From positions 1 through 59,461 of the forward strand of contig JAAILG010001963.1 in NCBI GenBank assembly GCA_012026655.1: DNA of 59,461 nucleotides, given 5' to 3'. The notes beneath the pieces are model-generated. The model saw nothing but the letters and a program-made list of their open reading frames with translations. It ran no database searches and was not told where the DNA came from. Made by a program: the position numbers and the translations under genes. Within the stretch, counting starts at the first letter, position 1. Every line of letters begins with the position of its first letter. Positions 38,367-51,668 of the stretch are shown in pieces. Origin of the DNA: Hydrolagus affinis (Eukaryota).

Positions 38367-41300
38367 CTCCATGAATGGGGCGTTGTAGAAAGATAAGACA
38401 TATTTCTTCACGGATAGTGCTTTTAATAATAAAATGATTGTAAATGGAAGAAATCAAGCTTATGTTTCAAATTCGCACATTAGCTCCTGGAGAAAATGTA
38501 TCCAATTATAAGCTTTATGAATTATTTAGGAAATTGGTGTGTGTTAATTCAACGATAATAGAATACTTATAGAAAATATTGAAATATAATTCTTGCAGTT
38601 GATATAGCACAAGGTGGAGTGTGTTGGATTTACAGCCTGTGCTGGATTGTGACAAAAATTTGTAATGGATTGTAGTCATGTTTGTTACTTTAGAAAGTTG
38701 CGCAGTGTTGCTGGCTGGAGGCAGTTAGTGTGGCAGTGAATCAGCAGCAGTCTTGTTAAAAGAAAACACAGGCTTGTTATGGTAATGATGATTAAAAGAA
38801 TAATTTAGTGAAATGCCAGCAGCTGTACTAACCCAAGACATGAAAAGCCCTGATCCCTGGTCTTCATTTGTTTATTGCAGGGTATTTGGGCTGGAGGCAA
38901 AGGGAAAATAGTTTTATTTTATGAAAAACATACTTCAGAAAAAAGCTGTATTTCACAATCTGTGGAACAAATTTTTTAACTTGTTCAAACTAAATATTTC
39001 TTCATTAAAAACTTCTGTCCACAATTGCTCAAATGTGAACTAGTCTAACCGTGCAGTTCAAGTTTACTGTGGCCACCTTATATTTTTGTTCATAAGTGAT
39101 CTTAAAGTGTTTCAGAAAAAGGTGTCCCTTTTTATGACCAATATTTTATCCTACAAAATAGGGTCCAATCTATTTAAGTGGTGAGCAGAACTTGAGTCAA
39201 AGAGATTTGGGTTGAGGGAAAGAGTTAGATTTTCTCATAGCTGGCGGAAATCTTGCAGTGAGAACCAATGTATAACCATTTGTCACATTTTACCTGAAAT
39301 CCAGCAAGCTGCTTCAATATTAGCCCGAACTTTAGCTTCAGATCAGTTTTAAAGGATCAGCAATTAAGCAGCAACAATGCTTTTGCAGAGAATGCACAGG
39401 TAGGTCAGAAAGGTATCTTGCCACCATCCTCCTGCGTGATGTGTGAATGAAGTGGCAACATTGCAGTCTTTAAGCTCCACTGATAGATCCTTAACATAGG
39501 TATTACATATCTAAATTCCGCTCAGCCAGTGTTCACGCTCATAATGTGAAATTTGTCACTTCTCTCGATCTTTTGAAATGAATTTGAGGGGGCAGATTTT
39601 GCCATCTGATTCGGTCAGAATGGTGTTAGGAAGTAGCTGGAGAGGGAAAGGCCTTATATTAAGGGGGTTGTAAGGAATACAAATAAATCCAGTTTGTGGG
39701 TAAATGTTAGGATAATGAGAAAAGCTTCAAACCTTCTTGGATTCCCAGTGTATAACATAAGTCACTTTAAAACTGCTGGACAAAATGCCCGGAGTGTTTA
39801 TGGGTGGGAGTGGGTGAGTGGGTGGGCAGGCGGGCGGGGATGCACGCAAGAATGTACAGGATTGGAAAACTATATTATGGTTTCCAGAGTTTGCAAGAAT
39901 TAAATGGACAGAATAATAAATAGCAGCAACTTTTTTCCTGCTCCCTGATATTTCAGGATGTATCATCACATGCTGGTCTTCATTAGTTTGCACATTTCCA
40001 ATCACTGAACCAGGTTCAATGAAGCCTTTGAAATGAATCTTTTCCCAGTCCTTCGTTCTTGATCAAACTTTGTTTGTGCATTTTTGAACACTCAGTAACC
40101 AGTCGACTCCCGTTTTCTTGAACATACCTTTTCTCCACTTCTGTCCGTTTCATTCACAAATATTAACTGCAAAGTCTCTAGGCTGACTATCTTATTTCTT
40201 GCAATGTTTTCAGCCACAAACCCTCGCTGTTAAAATCCCTCATTAACCTATTGATTCCATTGAAAATAACCTTGATGAATAGTAATGCACAACACATATA
40301 CAAAACCAGATGTCAGTGGTATGCATCAGAAACTCAGGAATGCTCCTGCATGCTGAGAGACTTCTAAGTGGCAATCTAAACCAGACAGTTATATTAAGAG
40401 TCAGTAAGAAGCCAAGGAAAGAATATACAGGGAAAGTTCCTACCAAACACTAAAGAGAGGGCAACAGCAATTGTACATATCATTACAAATGTGTGTATAT
40501 ATAAATATGTTAATGATTCCTCGCACAGTTGCTCACATACAAAGATGTACTACAATGTGCCTTTTTTTTATATAAAAGAAAAAGAAATCTGGCACATCAT
40601 TTCTGAACCTTAGCAAGGGTCTCCCAGTCAACCGGTCGGATTCAGCAGCCACAACACTTAGCTTCATTGTATTTTGCTTGAATTTTGCATGAGTCCTTTG
40701 CAGCCCTAGAATTCTCCATCGAATGGCTTGGTGAGTATTGTCAAAGGTTTATGTGACGTTAAATGCCGATGGCATTTCAAACTCCAACCAGCATGGAACA
40801 AGATGCCACAGGCATATGTGCATATGTGCATCAGTGGGTAGATTGTTGAGAACACAGCCCTTTGCTCAGTATTTTTTTTTAATGATTTTACTGCTTTATC
40901 CAAAGGTTATTTGAATTATCATTAAAATCCTTGTTACAGAATTCTTCACTTTCTATTGTCAGTCATTAAGATATTCCCAAAACTAGATGAGGTTTCGGTT
41001 TATTTATTGCTTGCAGAAATGGACCACTGACTGAGGAGTTGGTGGCTATTTCTTCAAAAGAAGGTTTTCTGCCAAAATAATAATGGGTCAATTTACCAAA
41101 ACTGGAATTGTTATCCATTGGAATAGATTCATAAAAATGTATAGCGTAGCACAGAATGAGCATGTTTGGCCCAGCGAGTCTGATTTTTGTTTGGTAAATA
41201 GATGGGCCAAGTATCCTGTTAGCAAGCACTCATGACTCACCATCTGATCCATCCTAAATCTCACTTCTACACAAATAGAAATGCAGGAAACAGTGAGAAA

Positions 41301-43346
41301 TGGCTTAGAATCCTATCAAGGTCACTCCAGGGAGATGCAACCATTCTGGTTTCTTTCCTTCTTTCATGTTAAGATCTTCTGAATCTCAAATTTCAGGAAA
41401 TGAAGAGAGAGCTTGCATTTTATAGTATCTTTACCAAGTCTATTGCATCTTGGAAATGCTTCAAATGTCCTTAATTTGAAATGAAGCAATTCCTTATGTA
41501 CAATACAAAATACAATACAATTTACATTTATATAGTGCCTTGCACATCAGGAGGACATCCCAAGGTTGTGTCCCAACAATATTGGCTTTGAACCTAAGTT
41601 GGGGCTGGTAAACAAAAGCAGCACCCATTTGCATTGACAAGTATCTCATGAATAGTCATGAACTGAATTATTGATTTAATCTAGAGAATTGTTAGCCAGG
41701 ACACAGTCAGAAATCCCATTCTCTTTTTGAATGGTGGCATGTGATTTTTGTTCATTCTATACTTTGTTGAAGCGGTGAGTAAACGATGACTAGGATTTTT
41801 TTTGTTAAATAGCAGCATCATATTTATGCACAGAACAAACTTTACCCAAGTCTTAAATACATTCACAAATGTTCATAGTACATAATGTTTTCCTTTTCAG
41901 AGATTTTACCACCAATGTTTATCTCCTTTTTTCACCAGTGCTGTGATAACAGCCGTGGAAGAGTGTTTGATTACAGCATTATCAATCATTCGACAGCAAG
42001 ATATGATGTGGTTGTCTGATTTAAAGGAATTTTTGCTGAACCCCATTCTCAGAAGTATGATGGCATTCGCCCCATTGAATCACTCGAGGACCTTAATAAA
42101 GAATACTTTTTGTTTTGAATTTTTAATTTCAAAATACTCATTTATGATGTGTCAAAATGCCAATCGTTAAAATCTAGATAAGAATAAGAAATAAACATTG
42201 ACTTTGTAGACTAATTTTGCTAATTTCAGATAAATGTGCACTGGCATTTAAGACAGAACTGTGCAGACAGTGCCTTCAGGGTTGCAGGAATGATGTACAG
42301 TGAGCTCTAATTGCACAGACAGCTTTTTTTTTATTAAATCCCTGGGCAAATGACTTGGGTAATTTACAATAAGCTAAGTAAGTACCAAGGAGTTCAAAGG
42401 TCTTAGTATTGTGACAAGACAAGTCCATAATCTAGATATATTGTAAGATTTGTGTTCTGCTGCTTTCTGAGACTGGATTAGACGATAAACCCAAACAAAA
42501 CGCAAACTACCGTACTCCGGAATTTCACAAGTAACTGGGGCTGTTTCACAGCTGTAATTCAATGATGTATCTGTAAAGTAGCTCGTATTTCCCAGTTAAA
42601 CCATTCCCTTCCGATCAGCTGTCCCCGTTATACCCCCTGGCCTTGTTGTCATAATGTTGCAATAGGCTTACTCTTCCTGCCAATGATCCACATGAATTTT
42701 CTCTGCTAATCTAGGGAATATGGACACAAATGAAGTTTGCTCTTCCAGCAGACTGTATGCAAATAGAATATGTGAGTTGGTGCCAATGCAGCCACTTTAA
42801 AAGTAAAACTTAAATCTGACTTGTAAATTGCTAGAAGATTAAATAAAAAGTGTGGGTTGAAGGCACACGCTAATACTTTTAACCCACAATATTCCCAGCA
42901 TGTTTATTCAATTACAGTATATACCTTTATCAACTATTACAGCATCATTAACCATTTTGAGGTGTTTACAAATGTAAATTGGTAGTCATCTAAAAGGTTT
43001 AGGAAAACCTAAATCTTATTTTAATTGAAAAGAAGAGTGATCCACAATTAAAGGAAGGTGTAGGTGTATGTCTATAAGTGCGTGCATGTGTGTGTGTATA
43101 CTTGCGTGCTTGTATTGGAGGGGAGGTTGCCAGCTTTAGAAGATTCTGTGGGCAAAATTCTCCACCTGGTGACCACCTTTACACACCTTAAACTACTCGT
43201 ACAGTTAAGTGAAGAACATCAATCAGGACATTCAGATGCATTTAAATGCCACAGGGATTCCTCCTCCTGGATCTGGACTTCTATGTAGTATTTTGGAATG
43301 CTCAGCATTTGGCAAATTGATAAATTCAGTCTTCACATTGAAATTG

Positions 43347-43609
43347 GACCTGGGTTCGATTCCCTGCAGGGCGAAATCTTGAGCGAGTTTCCTTACTCCA
43401 CACACCTAATAATAATCCCTCAAAAAAAGAATGGATTGGTCATTCCAATCCAGGATTGTTTGTGGGACACTACTGCGGGAAATCGGCTGCCGCGTTTCAC
43501 CCACAAATGTACAGTCAATTCATTTTATAGCATATTCTGTGAAGAGCTTTGAGACGTCCAGAAGACGTGAAAAGTGCTGTATCAAATGCAAGGATTATTA
43601 TTTATTATT
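43347..43609 (+). mobile_element. tRNA/Deu SINE starting at the B-box
   Basis: gacctgggttcgattccc...ttccttactccacacacctaataataatcc...gagacgtccagaagacgtgaaaagtgct...(tta)n. Confidence 0.9.
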
Positions 43610-44636
43610 TAAATTGCTTTTCTGTAGAACTACAGGAAAACCGTCTGCAAAATTAAGGCTATATTTAAGATTTGACGGATTTGAGATGCTCAAAAATGCT
43701 ACGTAAATACAGTAAATCTTGACTCGGGTGAAATTCCTGACGCCCATTCTCTACCTACATAAATTGCCTTGTGCCAAGTATGGACTGGATTGACATTTAT
43801 GCCTCTTTTGAAGCCTTTTTAATAAGTTTGTGACTTTTTTCCGTTTGATTTGATGTGCCGATGGATGCTAAAAATTACCATTTGATGGATGTGGTTCACG
43901 AGGAGCCTGGCCTTGTGAAGTTTGGCTGCTATTTTCTTGGCCTTTCACTGTATGTCCCACCATGTTTTGAGCACCTAATAATGAAAGTCAAAATGAATTG
44001 AGGAGTTAGGCACAGAGAGGAAACTGCCAAGGTAGCAGGAGGCTGATTCCACTGAGGCAAAGGAGACTTAGGTTACCACGCAGGAACATTGATTGAAAAG
44101 TAGTATAAAGACATTGTCCACTTGTCATGTATGTTTCAAAGCATTTATCTCAAAGAAATATCTGTGCGTGAATGTACTGTGTTTTTGTTAATGTAATATC
44201 ATTTAGACTCATTCTAATAAAAGTTAGTCTGTGTGTTTTGTCTTCAAAATCCCCCAACTATTCCAGATATGTAGACATTCCCACTGTAGAACATTGTTTT
44301 ACAACTTTGCCCTTCTAAGTTCTCAAAATCAGCATTTCAGCTCACTTCAGACACATAATGTCTGGTCTTTAACTAACGGTTTAAGTAAACAAAGATAAAG
44401 TACAAAATACACAGTCACTACATTCTACAGTAAATCTGGCTAAGTACTTTTGAGACATTTCTATGATGTGATAAGGCACTATATCAAATGTGAGGACTAT
44501 TATTATAAGGTCTTCCTATCAATTGTCAAGCTACGTGTGGTAACTTTGAGATTTAAGGAATTTGTTCAGCTAGTTCATTTTTCAAGCTGAGGAAAATAAT
44601 TCCCAAGCATTTTTTTTACAAGAAAGAAAACATTTT

Positions 44637-44720
44637 TAAAGGTCATTAATCTGACACATTAATTCACTTTCCTCTCTCCATAAATGCTGCCTGACCTGAG
44701 TGTTCCCAGCGATTTCAGTT
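44637..44720 (+). mobile_element. Penelope-like terminal repeat fragment
   Basis: ctctccataaatgctgcctgacctgagtgttcccagcgatttc matches the right arm at 54700-54755. Confidence 0.55.
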
Positions 44721-44994
44721 TATTTATCTATATATATACTGTATATATATATAGTACTGTATATATAAAAAATACAGTGATCAGTACCATTACTTTCTGC
44801 TTTTTGAAGGAAGTACTTGGAGAGAGTCGGCGGCTTACAATTTATAAAATAAAATAAAATTGTAATTGAAGTTATAAATCCTTTTGATGGTGACAAATAA
44901 TTGTGAAACTGGGGCATTTTTTTTTTCGCTTTTACAGACTTGTCTGAAGATCAGCAAATTTCAACAAATAGAATCTGCCAGATGGAATTGAGAT

Positions 44995-45100
44995 GATAAT
45001 CCTTGCATTTGATGCAGCACTTTATCATGTCATCTCAATATCTCAAAACGCTTCGCAGGATATTGACTGTGAAGCGTAGTGACTGTATTTGTAGGGGAGA
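44995..45100 (-). mobile_element. SINE tail fragment
   Basis: ataatccttgcatttgatgcagcacttt...tctcaaaacgcttc. Confidence 0.7.
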
Positions 45101-46761
45101 CGAGCAGAGTTCCCACTTAAGCAATGATTGACAGTTTGAGGAGACAAATGAGTTGAGTTCCCAGACACTGAAACACGGAGAAGCTGAGAGTTATGAGTTT
45201 GTGTTATAGTTGTGGAAAGATTTTATATCTGTGTTGAGTATGAAGTGCGTGTGTGCCTGACATGTAATTAAAATACTGCAACACCAGCTGTCCCAGGAGA
45301 ATGCATAAGAATGTTTTGGTCTGGGAAAGGTTTGGCACAGACAGTCTCAGAAAAAACAATGGGAAATTGAAAAAGAAAGGTAAATTTTGCTGAGGTTCCC
45401 TATATGCTGCAATAAAATTGGGAATCAAGATGAGGAGAGGGAGAATTCCAGCTGAAATGCAGGCAACGAGTGTATGGACAGAAGTAGCAGAAACAGCTTA
45501 TAGACTGCTTTCAACCAAGAGCCATGCAGTTGTAGCTACTTAGCCTCCAGCGGTACCCCAACGCATACAGATCCCTGAGCTGTGGCTCTCGGAAACCTGT
45601 ATCTAATACTCTAATACCCAGAATTAGAGAAGCAGGATACGTCCCTCCAGGGAGCGAGTACACATTCCATTTCCAGACATGGGATTTTTCATAGGTAGGT
45701 GGCATTCATGAAACCCAGTCTAGATTGGATACTCTTATCCAATCTAAGAGTATCCTCATGTGCCAGCCACACTTCATCATTCCCGCCCTCATCTCCTGAG
45801 GTCGTATATTTGAGACTATTTTCCTTCGCGAGCTACATTCTCCTTCATGCTCCCACAACTTTGACTCTCTTTTCCAGTCATTATGCCTTAGTTACACTCT
45901 CCGCCATTTCCATTATCCTTCAAGCCATGGCAAGGATACACACACTAATCCTTGTACAACTGCTCTGTCTTTCAGACTCGAACAAAGGAAGGAAGGAGCA
46001 AGCACTGGTTGAAGTCTAGCAAATTAAAAGGCTGAGACCTGCCAGCTTGGTTTTAGCAAAAGGGTCATTGATTTAAAGACCTGGAGAGGAAGGTAGGAAT
46101 AGTGACTCACCATTGCAAGCAACAGAAAGAAAGATAAATTCATAAATAAGTTTCTAAACGCAACCAAAGTTAAAAGTTAAAAAGTTAGTATAGTATTGTA
46201 TTTCTAATCTACTAATATGGTTGAAGTAAAAAGCATTACAGCATTTTAAAGAGACCCTGATGCTTGTATGTGTTAGAAGGGAACCGTGGTATACAGGAGA
46301 GTGGAATAGGAGGTGTGACGGAATGTGTGGAGTATGAACATTGGCATGACTAGTTGGGTTGAATGGTTTGTTCATTCTATGTAATCCTCACCTGCCGACC
46401 GATTCTGGTTGGAACCGCTTTCAAAGGCAATTTTCTAATAGAATCTGTGTGAGGTTCAGGCCTCTGAATACTTGATAGATGGGGCTCAGTCTTGCTTGGT
46501 TGCTTTAGTCACTGAATCTGTTCTAACCGAATGTGGGGGAAACATGTACCAATTGCCTTATTTTGCAAGAACGGATTTAATCAAAGAACAAATGGTAACA
46601 ATAACTCAGCAGGAAGCCACAGCCCTGCTGGGCAAACATTGAACCAACAAATCTCTGATAATAAACATCAAGTGGGATAGAATACTGAGTCTGAGTTCTG
46701 AATAATTTCTGCAAAAAGTGAAAGTCTAAATTCAGCAAATTTGGTGAACCCAATAGTTGGG

Positions 46762-46885
46762 TGATACGGAGAGGGGTGGGGTGGGTGACATGGAGGGTGG
46801 GGGGTGGTGGGTAACACTGAGGGTGGGGGGATGGATGACACAAAGGGTGGGGGGTTGGGGTGTGCAGTAGGTGGTGTGGTGTGTG
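46762..46885 (+). repeat. Degenerate G-rich minisatellite
   Basis: Recurrent gggtga(c/t)a..gagggtggggg units with more than ten G3+ runs. Confidence 0.7.
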
Positions 46886-49498
46886 ATATGCTGACAGGGG
46901 GAGTAAGTTTGGTAGCATGGCTGCCAGGATCTGCAGACACAGAGAGATAGAGAAATAAATCAACGGAGATTTCCTTAATCCTAAAAGAGAAGCGACATCT
47001 CGCTGGTTGATTGCGACATAGAAACTGGGTCCTAGTGCTATATGCTATGCTAAACTTGAAAATTTAAACCCGCAGATTTAAATCGCGGATGCGCAAAACG
47101 CGGTTTGCGAGGGTTGTCGCATTTAGCAAACCGTGGATGCATGAGTTTCGTGGTTGGCAAGGTCACGGTTGGGGCGGGATACCTGTACTGTACACACTTT
47201 GGTGTATGCTTGTGTTAGACCTAATTTCAAGATGAAAAATGGGATTAAAAAAGAGTTGTTTTATACTGCTGACAAAGTAATCAACTTGCATAGCGTAGGC
47301 CATGGATTTCAATTGAGGATAGCTGTAAAAATGGAAATAAATGCGGATCCACATTTTCCAGTGACAGTGAAAACAAGACTGTGCTTGGAAAGCTAAAAAT
47401 ATCAATCAAATTCAGTTCAATAAACTCAAAAAATAAGGTAAGTCTGAATTTTTAGGTACTGTATCACTAAATTGAGTATTAGTAGATTTGTTTAGATGAG
47501 TTAAATAGATTACAAAGGTTGTATGCTACAGGCCCATAACGTTCTAGATCTTGCATGGTCACAGAGTAATAGTTTCCCTCTTTCTTTGAGTCTTGTTCTG
47601 TCTTTCATTCTTGCTGGAGATAACTCCTGTTCATGAATTGAGGGTTTAAAGAAAGTTCGACTTTCCCACTGTTGTTTTGAGGTTTTAGGCATGAACGGGA
47701 AGTGTCCCAAAGATGCTGCGTCTGACTGTCTCGACAAGATAGCAAACACTGGAGCAGATGGTTCATTCATTGCAGATGCCTTGCAAGGCAGTCTGTGATG
47801 AGGTAATGCATTTCAGTCAAACTTTAAATAGTGTCCAAATCTATAATTTCAAACACTTTGCAGAGTGTTTTCTTCTAATCCTCTCAAGTTAGGATAAATA
47901 TTTTCTGTAACAGATTTCCTACCTTACTTCTGTAGTAGGCTTAGGAATCAGTTCTCTTTCAAAGGAAGAAATGCATCTGTACATATATTTCTTCCCCCCT
48001 CCCACTTCCGCAATTTCTTGTAAATTAGCTGAAGGAATTTTGAATCCTCAAAGAGGATTTTCCACCTGCGATAAGTGAAACAAAAGCTAGGAGGAAAATA
48101 AGTCTGATGTATCAATGTCTCGATTCACCTGTTAAAGTTGTGGAATGAAGCTGAACACAGACCACACAGCACAAACGTGAATCAAAACTTTAATGTAATT
48201 CTCAGTTTGGTTTGGATACTCTTTAGCCATGATGATGGTTTCCGCTTGTGTCAGACACCCAGCTGACCAAAGGAAAAAAAACTTTTAATGTGTAAAGTAT
48301 ATTTTCATTTTTGACTTTCACTTTGATTTATTTTCATGTGAACAATCAATCTGAATGTAGCAAGCTGCAAAATCCAACATTTAATAGTATCTCATAAAAA
48401 TCAATGATTATTCTTCTTAAAAAAAATGATGAAAAAAATAAAACAAGTATAAAACGGAGAAGCGCTGCATAAATTGCATTATTTTATAGCTTTACATTCT
48501 GGCTGAACTTAGAGATCAGCTTAATTTAGCGCTGGTGATTTGAAAGATTTACTCTTGGCTCTATTTACCTTTCATTCAGTATTACAGTGACATCATTGTA
48601 CTGTGAGCATTGGACGTTCTCTCCTGGAAAACAGTCATTTCCCTCTCGTAGAGTTTCCAGCCTTCGTCTCACAAAGACCCCTTTTACATGCTGCCTCCTC
48701 TGTGGCTGACTGTTTTGCAAAAGCCTGTACCTGCATATCACTGGCCCCATTCTCTCTTCAGTGTCAGATTCCTCGCCAACCCAAAAACTTGCTCCATTAA
48801 CATTCTGTATTGATGTTTTTACAGTAGCCTCTGATTATACCTTTGCTCACTTCTGTATCCTGTGCTCACGACAGAAAGCCCAGAGGTCTTGTGCCAAGAG
48901 GCATGACTCAGTGCATTGAAAAAACAACAGGAGACTGGACTGCGGTTATCTTTAGCTACAGACCGAAATCCGGCAAGTAGATATACTTAAGAACACCAAA
49001 CATGCTCTCCTCCTGGTGATATAAAACGTATCCCGCCAACTGGTGCAATCACCCTCTTCTATTAATTTTCAGATTGACTCACTTGAGGAGATGTGTATTT
49101 CTTCATAAATACCAAGGATAAATAAGCAATGTTGCGGAGGAAACTGGTACAATAATAAAACACGGTTGTCCAAATACTGTAATGGCCCAAACACAAACAC
49201 TGTTTTTGTTGTTATTCCAGCCTTTATTCATTCTGTCCCGTTTCCATTGTAATTTCCTAGCTAGGTATATTTCTGGCTTCTGAATTACATTTGAATGCAG
49301 AGCACATATTGTGCATAATAAAGTTTGCTTGGAGTCGTTTGTAATGAAAGAACCCAGATAAACAGTAATGGTTGATGTAGTACAAAAACATGGTGGTGGC
49401 TGCTAACTAATGCGTGTAATCAGATGTGGAGGAAGAAAGGCCATTCAGTCCATTAAGCCCTGTTGTCTCACCAACTCAATAGAACCCACGATATTCTT

Positions 49499-50157
49499 AT
49501 TGTCATTTACATTGGGTGAGATCATTGACTTCAATAAAAGACTGAGCGTTCATTTTCTTGGCTCGTTTACTAACCTGTCTAATGTTCCTTTCAGCTAAGG
49601 TTTATGTGCTTTTCCAGTCTATATTTTCAAACCTGCATTGCTCTTCTGCGGCTAGTTGCAACTCTTGGCTTGATAGTCCAAGATTCTAGCATCGTAGGGA
49701 ACTATCATCTTCTGGACAACCTCCAATAATCTATATTTGTACTTATTCTCATAGCCATTTGGTATCAGGATGTAATGTGTCGTGAGACGAGCTCATAACT
49801 ACACAGGCTGTTTTGCATCTGTACGTTGCATATCGTTACATTTGGAGGATGAGAGACCTATTGGTTCAAACAACTGGGGTTTCTTACTGATCCCAAAAGT
49901 CTCTGTAAAACTGTCAAATTACACAAGTTTGACGTTTTGTTTCAGTGCCGCTCATGTGTAAACTTCAAATAGATTTGTGTAAAATAGAAACAGCTGAAAG
50001 CAATGACTGGACTAACAACTGAGCCCTTTTAATTAACACTGTAAATGTTGGCTTTCTGGCTTGCAGATGATTCATTAAAGTTTGGTAAATCAGCCAAAGA
50101 AAATGAATGCTCAGTGTTTTATTGAAGATAATGGTCTCATCCAATATAAGTGACAAT
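49499..50157. mobile_element. Unclassified element with ~75-bp imperfect inverted terminal repeats
   Basis: 49499-49574 is the diverged reverse complement of ~50080-50157. Confidence 0.6.
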
Positions 50158-50571
50158 TTAAAACTTCAAACTATCTGTAGATGAATGTATGTTAGCCACA
50201 TCAAGTTACCACCTGAAATAATAAATTACCTTTGAAAATTGTAGTACACAAACACATTTTTCTTTCAGCTTGGACATGTTAGAGGTATCTAAGATGTGAT
50301 GTTTACATTTGAAGTTCCATTTCTCAGAGGTCTGATAATCAGATACTTACGGATTGCCGCAACTTTGAAGAGATGGTTAGTTTCTAGTTTACAACCTTTA
50401 CATCATATTTGAACAATTTTGGCAGCCTTGAGCAAAACTCCTTAATTCATGGTCAACAGTGATCACGTGGGCATATGAATAAACATGTATTATCCTGCCA
50501 AACAAAGCACAACCATTGTATAACGTAATATAAATAAGTAATGCTGATGGATTCATTGTTTTCAAATCTGT

Positions 50572-50712
50572 CATAATAATAATAATCCTTAGATTTGATA
50601 TAGTACGTTATCACATAATTGAGATGTCTCAAAGCGCTTCACAGTAAAATAATACACTGCAAAGTGAATTGACGATACTGTATATTGTGGGCGAAATGTG
50701 ACACATAGCAGT
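50572..50712 (-). mobile_element. 5'-truncated tRNA/Deu SINE
   Basis: (aat)n ccttagatttgatatag...tctcaaagcgcttcacag...gtgggcgaaatgtg. Confidence 0.8.
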
Positions 50713-51332
50713 TGTCATTCTCTGTACTTTGAGCCATTGACAAATTTCAACATTATGATTTTAAGATAATAATAAAAAATATCCTTACCTTTAATATTGT
50801 ACCTTTCATGTCGTGAGAACACCTCAGAGTGCTTGCTAGGAATCATTGTTAAGTGCAGCGACTGTGTATTTTTGTAGGCAAACACAGGAAGCAATTTATG
50901 CATAAAGTAACCCATGGATGTGAAACACACTAATGAAACACAATAAATTGAAGCTCCAATTGCATTAATATGAGGGGGAGAATGGACCTTTAATTCAATA
51001 GAAAAAAACACACTAAATTTGGGGTTATTTAAATCTTGCTTCACACATTGTTTGCTTTGAAGTGGTGTATCTAATAGTAGCATTATATTTCTGATGATAT
51101 TTGACCTGATTTGTAATGTGGATGTGATGCGAATCCTGTCGTTTTTAAAAAAAATCTATAACTATTTTTTGATTACTGGATTTGTGCAATTTGCTTCACA
51201 AGCATTTACAAGGGGATGGATTGATTCAAAGAGCTTTTTGGCTTAGTCACATCTGTTAGTTTTGCCTCTCTTGGTTCAGTGGATGATGGTATTTTGTTGG
51301 AAGTGAAAAGTCAGCACATCTTGTTCAGTAGC

Positions 51333-51668
51333 ATGTGGCTCAGTGGTTAGAGCACTTGCCTTGTAAGCAAGAGAGCTGGGTTCAATCCCAGGTAGTGCGA
51401 AACCTTGGGTAAATTTCCTTACTCCACACACCTAATAATAATCCCTCCAAAAAAAAACAATAATAATTTGGTCACTCAATCCACAACTGTTTCTGGGACA
51501 CTGCAGTGCACAATTGTCTGCCACGTTTTGCACACCTACATACAGTCAAGTCGCTTTACAGTATATTCTGTGCAGCACTTTGAAACATGAAAGACGCTCC
51601 ATCAAGGTAATTTTGGTGTTGTTGACTAGAAGATATGAAAAGCGCTATATCAAATGCAAGGATTATTA
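51333..51668 (+). mobile_element. Full-length tRNA/Deu SINE with an insertion in its tail
   Basis: tggctcagtggttagagcacttgccttgtaagcaagagagctgggttcaatccc, then core and tail. Confidence 0.9.

Noticed and set aside
43431-43706. Several ORFs ending in ...KCKDYY (also 5095 and 51514)
   Set aside because: They are translations of the same SINE tail, not a protein family.
46577-46963. 128-aa His/Pro-rich ORF
   Set aside because: It is the antisense translation of the G-rich minisatellite.
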